Source of the DNA: an uncultured Actinomycetes bacterium
Lineage (GTDB): Bacteria > Actinomycetota > UBA4738 > HRBIN12
Length of the DNA: 64,000 nucleotides
NCBI GenBank assembly: GCA_963816425.1
Contig: CAWFKP010000006.1
Coordinates: 747,787 to 811,786 of the forward strand
Reading direction: 5' to 3'
Position 1 is the first letter of the stretch, and each line of letters starts with the position of its first letter. Below the pieces are notes generated by a model. That model was given only the letters and a program-made list of their open reading frames with translations. It was not told where the DNA came from and made no database searches. Positions 29,420 through 39,580 of this stretch are shown here, in pieces. The translations under genes were made by a program, and so were the position numbers.

Positions 29420-29893
29420 TTACGCTGCCGGGGAGGGTGTCGTGGCCGCCGCGACCGTCGCCGTCGCGGTCGTGGGCGCGCTCGTCTGGAACGTGAACGA
29501 CAGGGTCACCGTCCCGCCGGGGGCGAGAGCCGGGGTGACGCCCAGCAGCACGATGTGCGGCCCGCCGGGTCCGAAGAACACGGCCTTGTCCGGGGGCAGC
29601 GGAATGCCCGAGACGGGCCCGGTGTCGCCCGCCGTCGATCCGCCGTGGATCTCGGCGGCCGTCGCGCACGTGCACGAGACGCCGAGCAACCGGTCGCGTG
29701 CCGTCCCGGCATTGTGCAGTGCGAGCGCGACGTCGGCGGTGTCGGTCCCCTCCGGGGTCACGACGGGGGCGAGCACGTGGACGTCCGACGCTGACACCGA
29801 TTGCGTGCTGGGCGGGCTCGAGCTCGACCCCGACCCACCGCAGGCGGCGAGCCAGACCAACCCGAGGATCGCGAGCCACCGCGATCCCGTCAC
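29420..29893 (-). CDS. PCu(A)C-like copper chaperone lipoprotein
   Basis: Lipobox LAAC; DRLLGVS...AEIH...FGPGGPHIVLLG...L.PG..VTL.FTF. Confidence 0.7.
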   Translation of the reverse strand: MTGSRWLAILGLVWLAACGGSGSSSSPPSTQSVSASDVHVLAPVVTPEGTDTADVALALHNAGTARDRLLGVSCTCATAAEIHGGSTAGDTGPVSGIPLPPDKAVFFGPGGPHIVLLGVTPALAPGGTVTLSFTFQTSAPTTATATVAAATTPSPAA

Positions 29894-30909
29894 CGTGCGG
29901 TGCTCGCCCTCGGCACCAAGGTGGTCGGCACGACGTCCTCACACGGCGGGACCCGGACGCCCTCGATCACATCGAGCAGCATCGCGGCCGCGCGTCGACC
30001 GAGCTCCGCGTAGTTCCATTCCAGCGTGGTGAGCGACGGCGTGGTCTCGACGCCGCGACCGACATCGTGCGTCGTCGCGAGCATGAGATCCTCCGGCACC
30101 GCGACCCCTCGGGCGGCGAGCTCGCCCAGCACCATGACGCCGGCGAGCTCGATCGGCGCGAACAGCGCGTCGGGCGTCGGGCGCCGCGCCAGCAGCCGGT
30201 CGAGTGCGGCGAGGTAGGAGGCTTCAGGGTCACGTGTGAGGTCGGCCATGCCGACCACCTCGAGCAGGGGCGGTCGCCCCCCCGAGGTGCACCACCGTCG
30301 ATAGGTCTCCGCGCAGTCCCGGGTGAAGGCGTTCAGCGGCGGCGGCGCGAGCATGGCGATCCGTTCGGCACCGGCCGTCGCCAGGTGATCGAGGACGCGC
30401 ATCGTGCCGTCGCGGTCGTCGGAACGCACGACGGCATCGGCCCCGCCGCCCGCGGGGTCGACGGAGATCGTCACGAACGGTATGCCTCGCCGGCGAAGGT
30501 CGGGCAACGCAGGCTCGCCCACGACGGGCTCGATCACGATCACGCCGTCCAACGGCACACGGTCCCAGATGAACCAGTCGGCGCCCGGCGGGGACACGAC
30601 GAGCGCTTGGTCGCGGCCGACGGCCACACCCGTGGCCGCGGTGATCAGCTCCGAGAAGAACCCGAACTCCGTGAACTCGAATCGAAGCTCTCGGGGGAGG
30701 GACGGGATCGCGGCGATCAGCCCGGTGTGACCGGACACCAGGGAGCGAGCGGCCGGATTCGGTCGATACCCGAGGCGATCGGCCACCTCGCGGACGCGCG
30801 TGCGCGTGTCGGCGTTCAGACGGCCCTTCCCGTTCAGGGCGTGGGAGACGGTGGTGACGGACACGCCCGCCTCACGGGCGACATCCCGGATGCTCACTCG
30901 CCCCGTCAT
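29890..30909 (-). CDS. LacI family transcriptional regulator
   Basis: SIRDVAREAGVSVTTVSHALNG; LGYRPNPAARSL; VPEDL; PSLTT. Confidence 0.95.
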   Translation of the reverse strand: MTGRVSIRDVAREAGVSVTTVSHALNGKGRLNADTRTRVREVADRLGYRPNPAARSLVSGHTGLIAAIPSLPRELRFEFTEFGFFSELITAATGVAVGRDQALVVSPPGADWFIWDRVPLDGVIVIEPVVGEPALPDLRRRGIPFVTISVDPAGGGADAVVRSDDRDGTMRVLDHLATAGAERIAMLAPPPLNAFTRDCAETYRRWCTSGGRPPLLEVVGMADLTRDPEASYLAALDRLLARRPTPDALFAPIELAGVMVLGELAARGVAVPEDLMLATTHDVGRGVETTPSLTTLEWNYAELGRRAAAMLLDVIEGVRVPPCEDVVPTTLVPRASTAR

Positions 30910-30980
30910 CGCAGCCGGAGCCTATCGCGGGGGGTTGCTCGGTCACCACACCCATCGGCCGTGGTGTGCGACGGTGGTCG

Positions 30981-31640
30981 CTACGCCGCCGCCTCGATCC
31001 CGAGCAGGGTCTTGGCGCGGCTCACCGCCTCGGGCGCGTCCGGCGCGAAGCCATCGGCCCCGATCTCGGTGGCCCACTCCTGCGTCACCGGCGCGCCGCC
31101 CACCATCACCTTGATCGAGTCGAACAGACCCTCCTTCTTGAGGGCCTCGATGACGATCTTCTGCTGGGGGACCGTCGTGGTGAGGAGCGCCGACATGCCG
31201 AGGATGTCGGGCTGCAGCTCGCGCACCGCCGTCAGGATCTTCTCCAAGGGGGTGTCTTTGCCGAGGTCGGTCACCTCGAATCCCGCGGTCTTGAGCATCG
31301 CCCCGACCATGTTCTTGCCGAGGTCGTGCAGGTCGCCCTTCACGGTGCACAGGATCACCTTGCCGGTGATCTGCTTCTCGCCGCCGGCCGCGAGCAGCGC
31401 AGGCTCGACGAGGTCGTTGCACATCTTGAACAGCGTGGCGGAGGCGACCACCTCGGGCAGGAACACCTCGCCGCGCGACCACATCGCACCCAAGGTGAAC
31501 ATCGCCGTGGCCATCGCGTCCTGCAGGATGATCACGGGGTCGGCGCCCTCGTCCAGCAGCGCCTGCGTCGCCTCGACCCCTTCGTCGCGCTTCGCGCCGA
31601 TCAGAGACTGGCGAAGCTTCTCCATGTTCTCTTCAGACAT
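30981..31640 (-). CDS. Corrinoid (B12-binding) methyl-carrier protein, MttC/MtgC-like
   Basis: B12-binding cap EVFLPEV; GDLHDLGKN (DxHxxG); SALLTTT; VGGAPVT. Confidence 0.92.
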   Translation of the reverse strand: MSEENMEKLRQSLIGAKRDEGVEATQALLDEGADPVIILQDAMATAMFTLGAMWSRGEVFLPEVVASATLFKMCNDLVEPALLAAGGEKQITGKVILCTVKGDLHDLGKNMVGAMLKTAGFEVTDLGKDTPLEKILTAVRELQPDILGMSALLTTTVPQQKIVIEALKKEGLFDSIKVMVGGAPVTQEWATEIGADGFAPDAPEAVSRAKTLLGIEAAA

Positions 31641-31721
31641 CTGCGTTCTCCTCAGAGGGGCCGGCGAGCCGGCCGCGTTTGAATGGCCGTTCAATATACC
31701 TTGTCGCAGGTCGGGGGGTAC

Positions 31722-33197
31722 TCAGGCGGCCTCGACGTGCTCCTGCTCGAACCGTTCCACGATGCCTCGGATCTCGTCGGCCGCGCCGTCGGGCAGCGGG
31801 TAGGGCTCATGGGTCTCGAGGATCTCGTTGGCGCGCGCGATCGCCTTGGTCTTGGAGATCGGACGACCGTTGGCCTCCCAGTCCTCCCAGTTGCCGCGGT
31901 CGAACATCTTGGACTGCCACACCTCGCGCATGTGCGTCAGCGTGTGATCTTGATCGAGGAAGTGTCCGCCGGGCTGCACGGCGTCGATCACGTCGACCGC
32001 GAGCGATTCGGGGTCCCAGCTCTGGATCCCCTCCGACGTGGAGCAGATCAGGTCCCAGACCTCGGCGTCCAACACGAGCTGCGCGGCGCTGAACACACGG
32101 GCCGCGTACAGCAGACCCGCGCCACTGGCCATGTCGACCCCCGCGATCCAACTTGCGAACCCCGACAGCGCGTTCTCGACGCCGCCTTGCCAATCGCTCG
32201 TCTTCGATCCGGTCGCGAAGGTGCCCACCATCGACTTCAACCCGTAGGCGCGCGCGAGCTGGGCGTTCGACATCTGGAACACGAGGTCCTCCGGTCCGCC
32301 GCAGTTGGCCGCGCCCGACCACAGGTCCATCGTCGTGACCGCGCTGGCGTAGAACGTGCGAGCGCCGGGGGCGAGCAGCTGATGGGCGATGACCCCGCCG
32401 ATCACCTCGGCGTTGTTGACCACCATGGTGCCGGCGCGCGTGATCGGCGAGGTCGCGCCGAGGATCGGCATCACCATGAAGCCGCTCGGCACGTCGGCCT
32501 TGGCGAACTCCACGGCCGCGGCGAGTGGGCCGCCGTCGTAGACGAGCGGCGACACGCTGCATTGGAACGCCGACAGGATCGGCTGCTCGCGGAGCGCCTG
32601 TTCACCGCCGACCGCGACGGCAGCCATCTCTGCGCTGGCCACGGCCTGCTCCGGGGTGACGGCGGTCATCATCACGATGTGCTTGCCGGTGTTGTTCAGG
32701 TTCGCCTCGAGGTTGTGCAGCGGCTCGGAGGGCACCGGCATCTCGCGGCTCACCGCGGGCTGCCACACGTAGCCGATCTGCGGCAGCGCGTCGCCGATCC
32801 TCGTGCCCGCGGCCACATCAGCCTTCGTGGAGGCGCGGCGCAGATCGGTCTCGAGATCGACGACCTCGGCCGCGTTCCCGTCGACGCCGAGATAGCCGCG
32901 CGTGCCGTCCAGGATGAGGTCCAGCCCCGGCTCGCGGGAGGCCAGCGGTAGGTCGCCCGGCACGGTCGCGAGCGCCCCCGCCTGCACGTCTTTCGGGAAG
33001 CGGGCACGGCCGTCCTGCTCGTCGATCACAGCGCCGGCGGCGCCGAGCTGCGCGAGGAGGCCGTCCGAGCGCACCTGGATGCCCGTGCGCCACAGAACCT
33101 CGGCCGTGGCGTCCCTGATGGCCTCCACGGCCTCCTCGGGCAGGATGTCGACGGGCGTCGACCGGTGACGGACGTAGCGGATCTCGCGCTCTGGCAT
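31722..33197 (-). CDS. MttB-superfamily corrinoid methyltransferase, non-pyrrolysine
   Basis: SPL.YD, GATSPITRAGT, MDLWSGAANCGGPE, SKTSDWQGGVE, AGLL, PGGHFL...HT; no in-frame TAG; SD GAGGAG. Confidence 0.9.
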   Translation of the reverse strand: MPEREIRYVRHRSTPVDILPEEAVEAIRDATAEVLWRTGIQVRSDGLLAQLGAAGAVIDEQDGRARFPKDVQAGALATVPGDLPLASREPGLDLILDGTRGYLGVDGNAAEVVDLETDLRRASTKADVAAGTRIGDALPQIGYVWQPAVSREMPVPSEPLHNLEANLNNTGKHIVMMTAVTPEQAVASAEMAAVAVGGEQALREQPILSAFQCSVSPLVYDGGPLAAAVEFAKADVPSGFMVMPILGATSPITRAGTMVVNNAEVIGGVIAHQLLAPGARTFYASAVTTMDLWSGAANCGGPEDLVFQMSNAQLARAYGLKSMVGTFATGSKTSDWQGGVENALSGFASWIAGVDMASGAGLLYAARVFSAAQLVLDAEVWDLICSTSEGIQSWDPESLAVDVIDAVQPGGHFLDQDHTLTHMREVWQSKMFDRGNWEDWEANGRPISKTKAIARANEILETHEPYPLPDGAADEIRGIVERFEQEHVEAA

Positions 33198-33276
33198 GAA
33201 GGGTTGCTCCTCGAAGTCGTCGGCGTTGGAACGGGCTCTCGCGAGCCGTCGATGCACGGTGCCACGAGCGAGGGTC

Positions 33277-33294
33277 GTCCGGAAATGTTCGGAC
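33277..33294. promoter_or_regulatory. Imperfect palindrome, candidate LacI-type operator upstream of the mttB-like gene
   Basis: GTCCG-GAAATGTT-CGGAC resembles GGAAACGTTTCC-type LacI sites; a LacI gene lies at the end of the same unit. Confidence 0.3.
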
Positions 33295-33344
33295 TGACCG
33301 CGGGTCAGCATCGTCCCCGGAAGCTGCGTCCGTACACTCCCGCC

Positions 33345-34629
33345 GTGGAGGAAGGGGACGTCCGACGGGCGGTCGAACAGGCCGGCGCCGAGATCTGGCT
33401 GCCCGCGCATTTCGCGGGGTCTCCACCCCCGGGCATCGTCCTGGACGACGTGATCCGGACGGGAAGCGGCTGGATCGCGATCGGATCCCTCGGTGAAGAC
33501 GTGCTCGTGACCCCGATCGCCACGGACGACGACCGGGTTCGTCGAGCCTCGGCCGGCGATGGCGTCTTCGCGTCGCTGCTGGGCCTCGTGGCGGCAGGCT
33601 CCTCCGGCTCGCTGACCGCCGAACGGTACGCCGCGACGATCCCGGTCGGCGGGACGGAGCGCGCGATCGGCGTCGACCAGTCCAACGAATCGGTCGTGGT
33701 GGGGGAGCGGGTCGTCGTCAAGCTCTTCCCGCGCACGCGACCGGGGCGCCAGCCCGGTCTGGATCTGCCCGCGCACCTCGCGTCCGTGGGCTTCGAGGAG
33801 ATCCCGAGGCCGCTCGGCGCCGTCGTGTGGCGCGGGGACACGCTCGTCGCGAGCGTCGCCTCGTTCGTGCCCGGTGCGCGCGACGGTTGGGCCTGGTACG
33901 TCGAGGACGTCGTGAACGCCTGTGTCGGGGATGACTGGACGGTTGCGGACGGTCACGCCGCCGCGATCGGCGGCTTGGTCGCCCGGCTCCACCGCGCGTT
34001 GGCGACGCCCTCGGCGGTGTCCCCGGTGCCGGTCGTCGAGGCGCGGCCGGATCTCGTCGAAGGTTGGCGAGCCGACGCGGAGGCGAGGCTCGACGAGGCG
34101 CTGTCCGTCACCACCGGCTCGGACGGGCGAGCGCCTCCGAGGTCTCATCCCGGCCGCGCGGTCCGTCATCGGCGCGCTCGCGACGATCGACCGCACGCCC
34201 ACCATGCGGATCCACGGTGATCTCCACGTCGGGCAGGTGCTGCGAAGCTCGAACGGAGAGCTGTACGTGAACGACTTCGACGGCGATCCGCTGGCCGCCG
34301 ATCGGACGGCGCTGGATGCGCCGGCGCGCGACGTCGCGTCGATGACCTGCGCGATCGATCACGTCGGCCGGGTGGTGGCGCGCCGGCACCCCGAGCACGC
34401 CGCGGCGGCGGCCGCGTGGTCGGAGCGTTCGCGCGGGACGTTCCTCGATGCATACCGGAGCGGTCTCGGCGATCGGCGCGTGCTGTTCGACGATCGACTC
34501 CTTGCGCCCTTCGAGGTCGCGCAAGAGGCACACGAGTTCGTGTACGCGGCTCGCTATCTCCCCAGATGGACATACGTGCCGGATGCCACGATGCCCGCCG
34601 TGCTCGAACGTTGGGCGGTGGGGCGATGA
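33345..34629 (+). CDS. Maltokinase/glucosamine-kinase-like phosphotransferase (frameshift near 34128)
   Basis: ERAIGVDQSNESVVVG, DGW, RIHGDLHVGQVL, NDFDG, RDVASM, HEFVYAARYLPRW. Confidence 0.8.
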
Positions 34630-35000
34630 TGTGGCAACCGGACCCTGACGCCTTCGTGCTGGACCTGGAGACGAAACCCGCCGCGCAGGGAGCGCTGATG
34701 TTCCGCGAGGACCCGCGGTCACACGCCGACGCATGCGAGACCGGCGACTGGCTCCACGTGGACGTGTACCTGACGAAGCCGCTGGATTATCGCGCCCTGC
34801 TGTTCGCGGGCACGCGGTTCGACGCGGACGTCCTTCGATGGCTCGCGGACCGCCGCGGGCAGGCGCTGGTGGTGGGCGGCAACGTCGCGGGCGCCACGCA
34901 GACCCTGCGATTCCGGCACGATGACGACGAGCTCGTGGCGCTGCTCACCGAGACGCTCGTCGCGGAGCTTGTGGCCGCCGAGTTGTGGCGGTTGGCGTAG
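34626..35000 (+). CDS. Hypothetical protein
   Basis: ATGA-coupled ORF of 124 aa with typical codon usage. Confidence 0.55.
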   Translation: MMWQPDPDAFVLDLETKPAAQGALMFREDPRSHADACETGDWLHVDVYLTKPLDYRALLFAGTRFDADVLRWLADRRGQALVVGGNVAGATQTLRFRHDDDELVALLTETLVAELVAAELWRLA

Positions 35001-35009
35001 CATCGATCG

Positions 35010-35526
35010 ATGACCGAGGGCGTGCCCGGCCGGACCGAGGCGATCCGTCTCCTCCGCGAAGATCGCGTGCGAACGAGCGCGCTGCTGGACCGGTTGTCGA
35101 CGCGATGCGTTCGTGACGACCGGCCTCGGCGGCGGCACCTGGTCGCCCAAGGATCTGGTCGGGCATCTCGAGACCTGGGAGCAGTTCGCGATCGATGCGC
35201 TCGAGGCCATCGAGCGCGGCCAGCCCGCCCCGATCTCGCAGGAGCAGCTCGACACCGACGCTCTCAATCGCCGGGAGGTGGAGGACAAGGCGGGCCGCGG
35301 CGAGACGGAGACCCGCGCGTCCGCGAGCGCCACGTACGAACGGCTGCTCGCCGCCATCGACGCGCTCCCGGATGCCCGCTGGGGCGGGCCCGAGGGGCCG
35401 GGCACGGATCGAACCGTCGGGGATCGTGTCGGCTCGATCCTCGGGGGATCGCTCGGGTTGTTCCGCCACGACGCCGACCACTGGCAGGATCTCGAGGCGT
35501 TCGCCGAGGTGCCTCCGACGGGCTGA
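35010..35526 (+). CDS. DinB/ClbS-DfsB-like four-helix-bundle protein (frameshift near 35103)
   Basis: WSPKDLVGHL..WE and C-terminal H...H (HDADH). Confidence 0.7.
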
Positions 35527-35533
35527 GCCCGCC

Positions 35534-36433
35534 TCAGGCGTGGATCAGGACCGGTGTGCCGAGCCGCAGGAGCGGCTTGAACCGATCCAGCGCCCATTCG
35601 CTCACCCGCACGCAGCCGGCCGAGGCGTTCGTGCCGATCGAGGCGGGGTTGTCGGTGCCGTGGATCGCCAGCTGGTCGCCGCCGCTCCATCCCGCCGGCA
35701 GTCGCGGCTGGATCCCGCTGATCCCGAACGCGAACGTGCCGAGCGCCCCGCCGGACGGGAACGGCACGCGGTCGGTCACCACGTACTCGCCCGTGGGCGT
35801 CGGCGTCGACCACGCGCCGGTCGCGCCGGCGACGGCATACAGGCGCTCGTCGCGCTTGAACACGACCACGCGGTGCTCGGACAGGTCGACGTCCACGTGG
35901 ACGAACGTCGTCTCGCGCGTGAGCCCCGCCAACCGGATCCACCCGTCGACCCGCGGCCACACATAGGGAAGCTCGACGCGACCCCAGGTTCCCTTCGCGT
36001 TGGTCGCCTCCACCCACAGGACGATCGGGACGCGGTAGTACTTCGACGCGGACACGACCGCGCCCACCGCCGGGGCCGACGTCCACGGGTTGCGCCTGGC
36101 GATGATGCCGCCGGCCGGGACGTGCACCAGCGTGCTCGGCCCGCTCCATCGAGTGTCGACCGACCGGCGGCGATCCCGCCGCCCGGCGTCGGCCGATGGG
36201 CGATGGTCGGCCGGTCTGGCTCCTTCGGCCGCGAGCACCTCGGTGCGCACCGCCGTGTGTTGCGCGCCCGGGTGGGTGCGCGCGGCCGCGACGACCACCA
36301 CGCTTCCCGAGGTCGGCGCCGCGGCCGCGACCCCCGCCATCGAGGCGGCCGTCGGTAGCGAGACGCTCAGCGCGGCAGCCAACGACACGGTGAGCCACGA
36401 GGTGCGCAGCGCGGATCGAACTCCTTGCAGCAT
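35534..36433 (-). CDS. L,D-transpeptidase (YkuD) family protein
   Basis: VDVDLSEHR, TPTPTG, AIHGT...SAGCVR. Confidence 0.9.
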   Translation of the reverse strand: MLQGVRSALRTSWLTVSLAAALSVSLPTAASMAGVAAAAPTSGSVVVVAAARTHPGAQHTAVRTEVLAAEGARPADHRPSADAGRRDRRRSVDTRWSGPSTLVHVPAGGIIARRNPWTSAPAVGAVVSASKYYRVPIVLWVEATNAKGTWGRVELPYVWPRVDGWIRLAGLTRETTFVHVDVDLSEHRVVVFKRDERLYAVAGATGAWSTPTPTGEYVVTDRVPFPSGGALGTFAFGISGIQPRLPAGWSGGDQLAIHGTDNPASIGTNASAGCVRVSEWALDRFKPLLRLGTPVLIHA

Positions 36434-36574
36434 GCACCCTGCATCGGCGCCTGCGCCGGGAACCCTGAGGGTGGTTCATCGTCGTGGTCGGGGGACGCCC
36501 GAACGCACTACGCTGCGGAGATCCACTGGTAGCGAGCCCGGGACCCCCGACGCCCGGAGGAGGGACACGCACCG

Positions 36575-37588
36575 ATGAGCGACGCGATGCGCACCACCGC
36601 CACCGACCTGGTCGCGCCCGGCAAGGGCATCCTGGCCGCCGACGAATCGACCGGCACGATCAAGAAGCGGTTCGATTCGATCGGTGTCCCCAACACGGAG
36701 GAGAACCGACAGGCGTACCGGCAGCTGTTGTTCACCACCGCGGGGCTGGGGGAGCACATCAGCGGCGCGATCCTGTTCGACGAGACGATCCGGCAGTCGA
36801 CGGTCGACGGGGTCTCCTTCGTCAAGGTCTTGGAGGAGGCCGGCGTGATCCCGGGGATCAAGGTCGACACCGGCGCGAAGCCGCTGGCGCTGTTCCCGAA
36901 CGAGACGGTGACCGAGGGCCTCGACGGCCTTCGCGAGCGGCTGGCCGAGTATCGCGCGCTGGGCGCGCGCTTCGCGAAGTGGCGCGCGACGATCATCATC
37001 GGCGAGGGCACGCCCAGCAATTTCGCGATCGACGCGAACGCACACGCGATGGCGCGCTACGCCGCCCTGTGCCAGGAGGCCGACGTCGTCCCGATCGTCG
37101 AGCCCGAGATCCTGATGGACGGCGACCACGACATCGCCGCGTGCGAGGAGGCGACGGGCCGCACGCTCGGCGCGCTGTATCGGCAGCTCGCCGCGCACCG
37201 GGTCGAGCTGCCCGGATCGCTGCTGAAGGTGAACATGATCGTGCCGGGCGCCGGCAACGCGATCCAGGATGACGATCGCGCGATCGCCGAGGCGACGATC
37301 CGGTGCCTGACGCAGCAGGTGCCGCCCGACGTCCCCGGGGTGGTGTTCCTGTCCGGCGGCATGAGCGACGAGCAGGCGACCAGCCGCCTGAACGAGATGA
37401 ACCGGATCGGCGGCTTCCCCTGGCAGCTGTCCTTCTCGTACGGGCGGGCGCTGCAGGCGCCGGCGATCAAGGCGTGGGGTGGCGACCCTGCGCACGTTGC
37501 GGCGGCGCAGCGAGCGCTCGCGCACCGCGCGAAGATGAACGGTCTCGCGCGCGCCGGCGCCTACGACCCGTCGATGGAGGCCGCGTGA
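36575..37588 (+). CDS. Class I fructose-bisphosphate aldolase
   Basis: GKGILAADES, GIKVDTG, FAKWR, VPIVEPE, FLSGG, SFSYGRALQ. Confidence 0.96.
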   Translation: MSDAMRTTATDLVAPGKGILAADESTGTIKKRFDSIGVPNTEENRQAYRQLLFTTAGLGEHISGAILFDETIRQSTVDGVSFVKVLEEAGVIPGIKVDTGAKPLALFPNETVTEGLDGLRERLAEYRALGARFAKWRATIIIGEGTPSNFAIDANAHAMARYAALCQEADVVPIVEPEILMDGDHDIAACEEATGRTLGALYRQLAAHRVELPGSLLKVNMIVPGAGNAIQDDDRAIAEATIRCLTQQVPPDVPGVVFLSGGMSDEQATSRLNEMNRIGGFPWQLSFSYGRALQAPAIKAWGGDPAHVAAAQRALAHRAKMNGLARAGAYDPSMEAA

Positions 37589-38762
37589 CGTCGTCGCCGC
37601 GGACCGTCGCCGCGAGGTAGAGCGCGATCACCACGAACGCGGCGGCCTCCACCAGGTAGACCGTCCGGAAGCTGACGAAGCCCACGATCAGCGCGCCGAA
37701 CGCGAGCGAGAGCGCGAAGGGAACCGTGAACGCGGCGTCGATCGCGGCCATCACGCGGCCCTGCATCGCGACGTCGGTCCGGCGCTGCACGAGCGTGACG
37801 AACGCGACGTTGTAGAACGAGACCGCGATCCCGACGAACGCCGCGGACGCGAGCACCAGCCAGAGCTCGGCGGTCGCGAGCAGTCCGACGCCGATGCCCG
37901 CCGCGATCAGCGCCCACGCGATCGTCGGGAGCTCGCCGATCCGGCGGATCGCGGTGCCGACGATGACGCCGCCCACCACCGCGCCGACCCCCTGCGCGGT
38001 CGACAGCACGCCGAGGAACTCGGGCGGCTTGTGCAGTCCCGCGTCGATCAGGGCGAAGATCATGACCTCCATCACGCCCGCGGCCAGCGTGACGAAGAGG
38101 GTCGCGACCGTGAGCCGGCGCACATCGGTCGTGTGGACGATGTGTCGAAGTCCGGCGCGGAGCTCGGCCCAGAAGTCGTTCTCCTCGGCGCGCTCGATCG
38201 TGGGCGCGGCCACGCCGAGCAGGAACAGTGCCGAGACCACGAAGGTGATCGCGTCGAGGCCGGCGACCGCCTGTCCGCCGAAGATCGCGAACAGCGCCGC
38301 CCCGGCGAGGGGAGCCAACAGCCGCATCGCCTGGTTCGTCGACTGCAGGAGGCCGTTGGCGTCGCCGAGCTCGTCGCCGGGGATCAGGCTCACGAGCAGA
38401 CCGGCGCGCGCCGCGTCGTACACGACGGTGGCGAGACCGAGGAGGAACGAGGTGACGTAGATCAGCCAGATATCGCCGGCGTCGTGCACGCCGAGCAGCG
38501 GCAGCAGACTCAGCGCCGCCGCGAGGTCGGTGCCGATCATGACCCGGCGTCGTGAGAAGCGGTCGACGTAGACACCGAGCGCCGGGCCGAACAGGCTCGG
38601 CAGCACGAACGGCAGGATCGCGAGGCCGGCCTTCGCGTTGGAGCCGGTCAACGCCTTCACCCACACGGCCAGCGCGAGGAACATCGCGTGGTCGCCGAAG
38701 GCCGACAGCGTCTGGCCGATCAGCAGGCGACGGTACGCGCGGTCTCGGAGGAGTGCTCGCAT
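37467..38762 (-). CDS. MFS transporter (3' end uncertain; overlaps the aldolase gene)
   Basis: About 12 TMs; GVYVDRFSRRRVM motif A; MQGRV. Confidence 0.88.
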   Translation of the reverse strand: MRALLRDRAYRRLLIGQTLSAFGDHAMFLALAVWVKALTGSNAKAGLAILPFVLPSLFGPALGVYVDRFSRRRVMIGTDLAAALSLLPLLGVHDAGDIWLIYVTSFLLGLATVVYDAARAGLLVSLIPGDELGDANGLLQSTNQAMRLLAPLAGAALFAIFGGQAVAGLDAITFVVSALFLLGVAAPTIERAEENDFWAELRAGLRHIVHTTDVRRLTVATLFVTLAAGVMEVMIFALIDAGLHKPPEFLGVLSTAQGVGAVVGGVIVGTAIRRIGELPTIAWALIAAGIGVGLLATAELWLVLASAAFVGIAVSFYNVAFVTLVQRRTDVAMQGRVMAAIDAAFTVPFALSLAFGALIVGFVSFRTVYLVEAAAFVVIALYLAATVRGDDVTRPPSTGRRRRRARDRSSSRGARALAAPPQRAQGRHPTP

Positions 38763-38764
38763 GT

Positions 38765-39568
38765 CTATCGCTTCGACGTGGCCACGCGGCTGATGTCGAC
38801 GTCGCCCGAGACCGTGTTCACGGTGAGCTCCAACTGGGGGTCGCTGTCCGACGCCTCGCCGCGTGGCGCGGGGTTGAGCCCGCTGTGGACGTCGCCGCTG
38901 GTGGAGGACACATCCATCCACACCCCCATGCCTTCGCGCACGCCCACCTGCACATCGCCGGAGATCGCGCGGACGTTGACCGACCCGTCGCCCACCTCTC
39001 GGAGCTCGACGTCGCCGGACCCGGCGGTGATCGTGGAGGGCCCGTCGAGCCGCCGGATCTGCAGATCGCCCGACGCGCTGCGGATCAGCGCTCCGCCGCC
39101 GATCGAGCCGATGTCGAGATCGCCCGAGGCCCCCTTGAACGAGAAGTGCCCGCCGATCGCACGGCCGCTGACGTCGCCGCTGGCACAGGAGATCTGCACG
39201 TCGCCGGTGATCTCGTCGAACGCGACATCGCCCGAGCCCGTCCGGAATGCGAGCGATCCGAGCGCGCCGCTCACCTCCAGCTCGGCAGACCCGGTGGAGC
39301 CGTCGATCCTGCTACCGGTCGGGACCGTCAGCTCGAACGAGGGGCCTCGGCCGAAGGAGAAGCCCCATCCGCGCTTCGACCGATGCTCGATCGTCACTCG
39401 GAAGCCGTCGCCGACGGGCTCACAGCGGACACTCGGCGGCGCCGCCTTGTCGTAGCCGGAGATCTCGATCGAGGTCCGGTCGGTGTCGGTCGCGTGCACG
39501 GTCACGTCGCCGCTCGCGATCTGCAGCGCCACGGTGACCTCTCCCGGTGTGTCATACGTCTGTTGCAT
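38765..39568 (-). CDS. DUF4097 (adhesin-like beta-strand repeat) protein
   Basis: Repeated [S/T]xSGD[V/L] units. Confidence 0.85.
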   Translation of the reverse strand: MQQTYDTPGEVTVALQIASGDVTVHATDTDRTSIEISGYDKAAPPSVRCEPVGDGFRVTIEHRSKRGWGFSFGRGPSFELTVPTGSRIDGSTGSAELEVSGALGSLAFRTGSGDVAFDEITGDVQISCASGDVSGRAIGGHFSFKGASGDLDIGSIGGGALIRSASGDLQIRRLDGPSTITAGSGDVELREVGDGSVNVRAISGDVQVGVREGMGVWMDVSSTSGDVHSGLNPAPRGEASDSDPQLELTVNTVSGDVDISRVATSKR

Positions 39569-39580
39569 CGCATTCCCTCC

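Noticed and set aside
18469-30000. Integrative element or prophage at tRNA-Leu
   Set aside because: No integrase, transposase, phage genes or duplicated tRNA 3' end were seen
31722-33197. Pyrrolysine recoding in MttB
   Set aside because: The ORF is uninterrupted, has no in-frame TAG, and no pyl genes are present
33198-33344. Cobalamin riboswitch upstream of the mttB-like gene
   Set aside because: No recognisable B12-box or GGGAA/GCCACTG core; the region is short and contains a divergent promoter
37467-37588. 122-bp convergent overlap of the MFS and aldolase genes as a functional antisense system
   Set aside because: The MFS tail is low-complexity and Arg-rich; more likely read-through in GC-rich DNA or an indel that removed the stop
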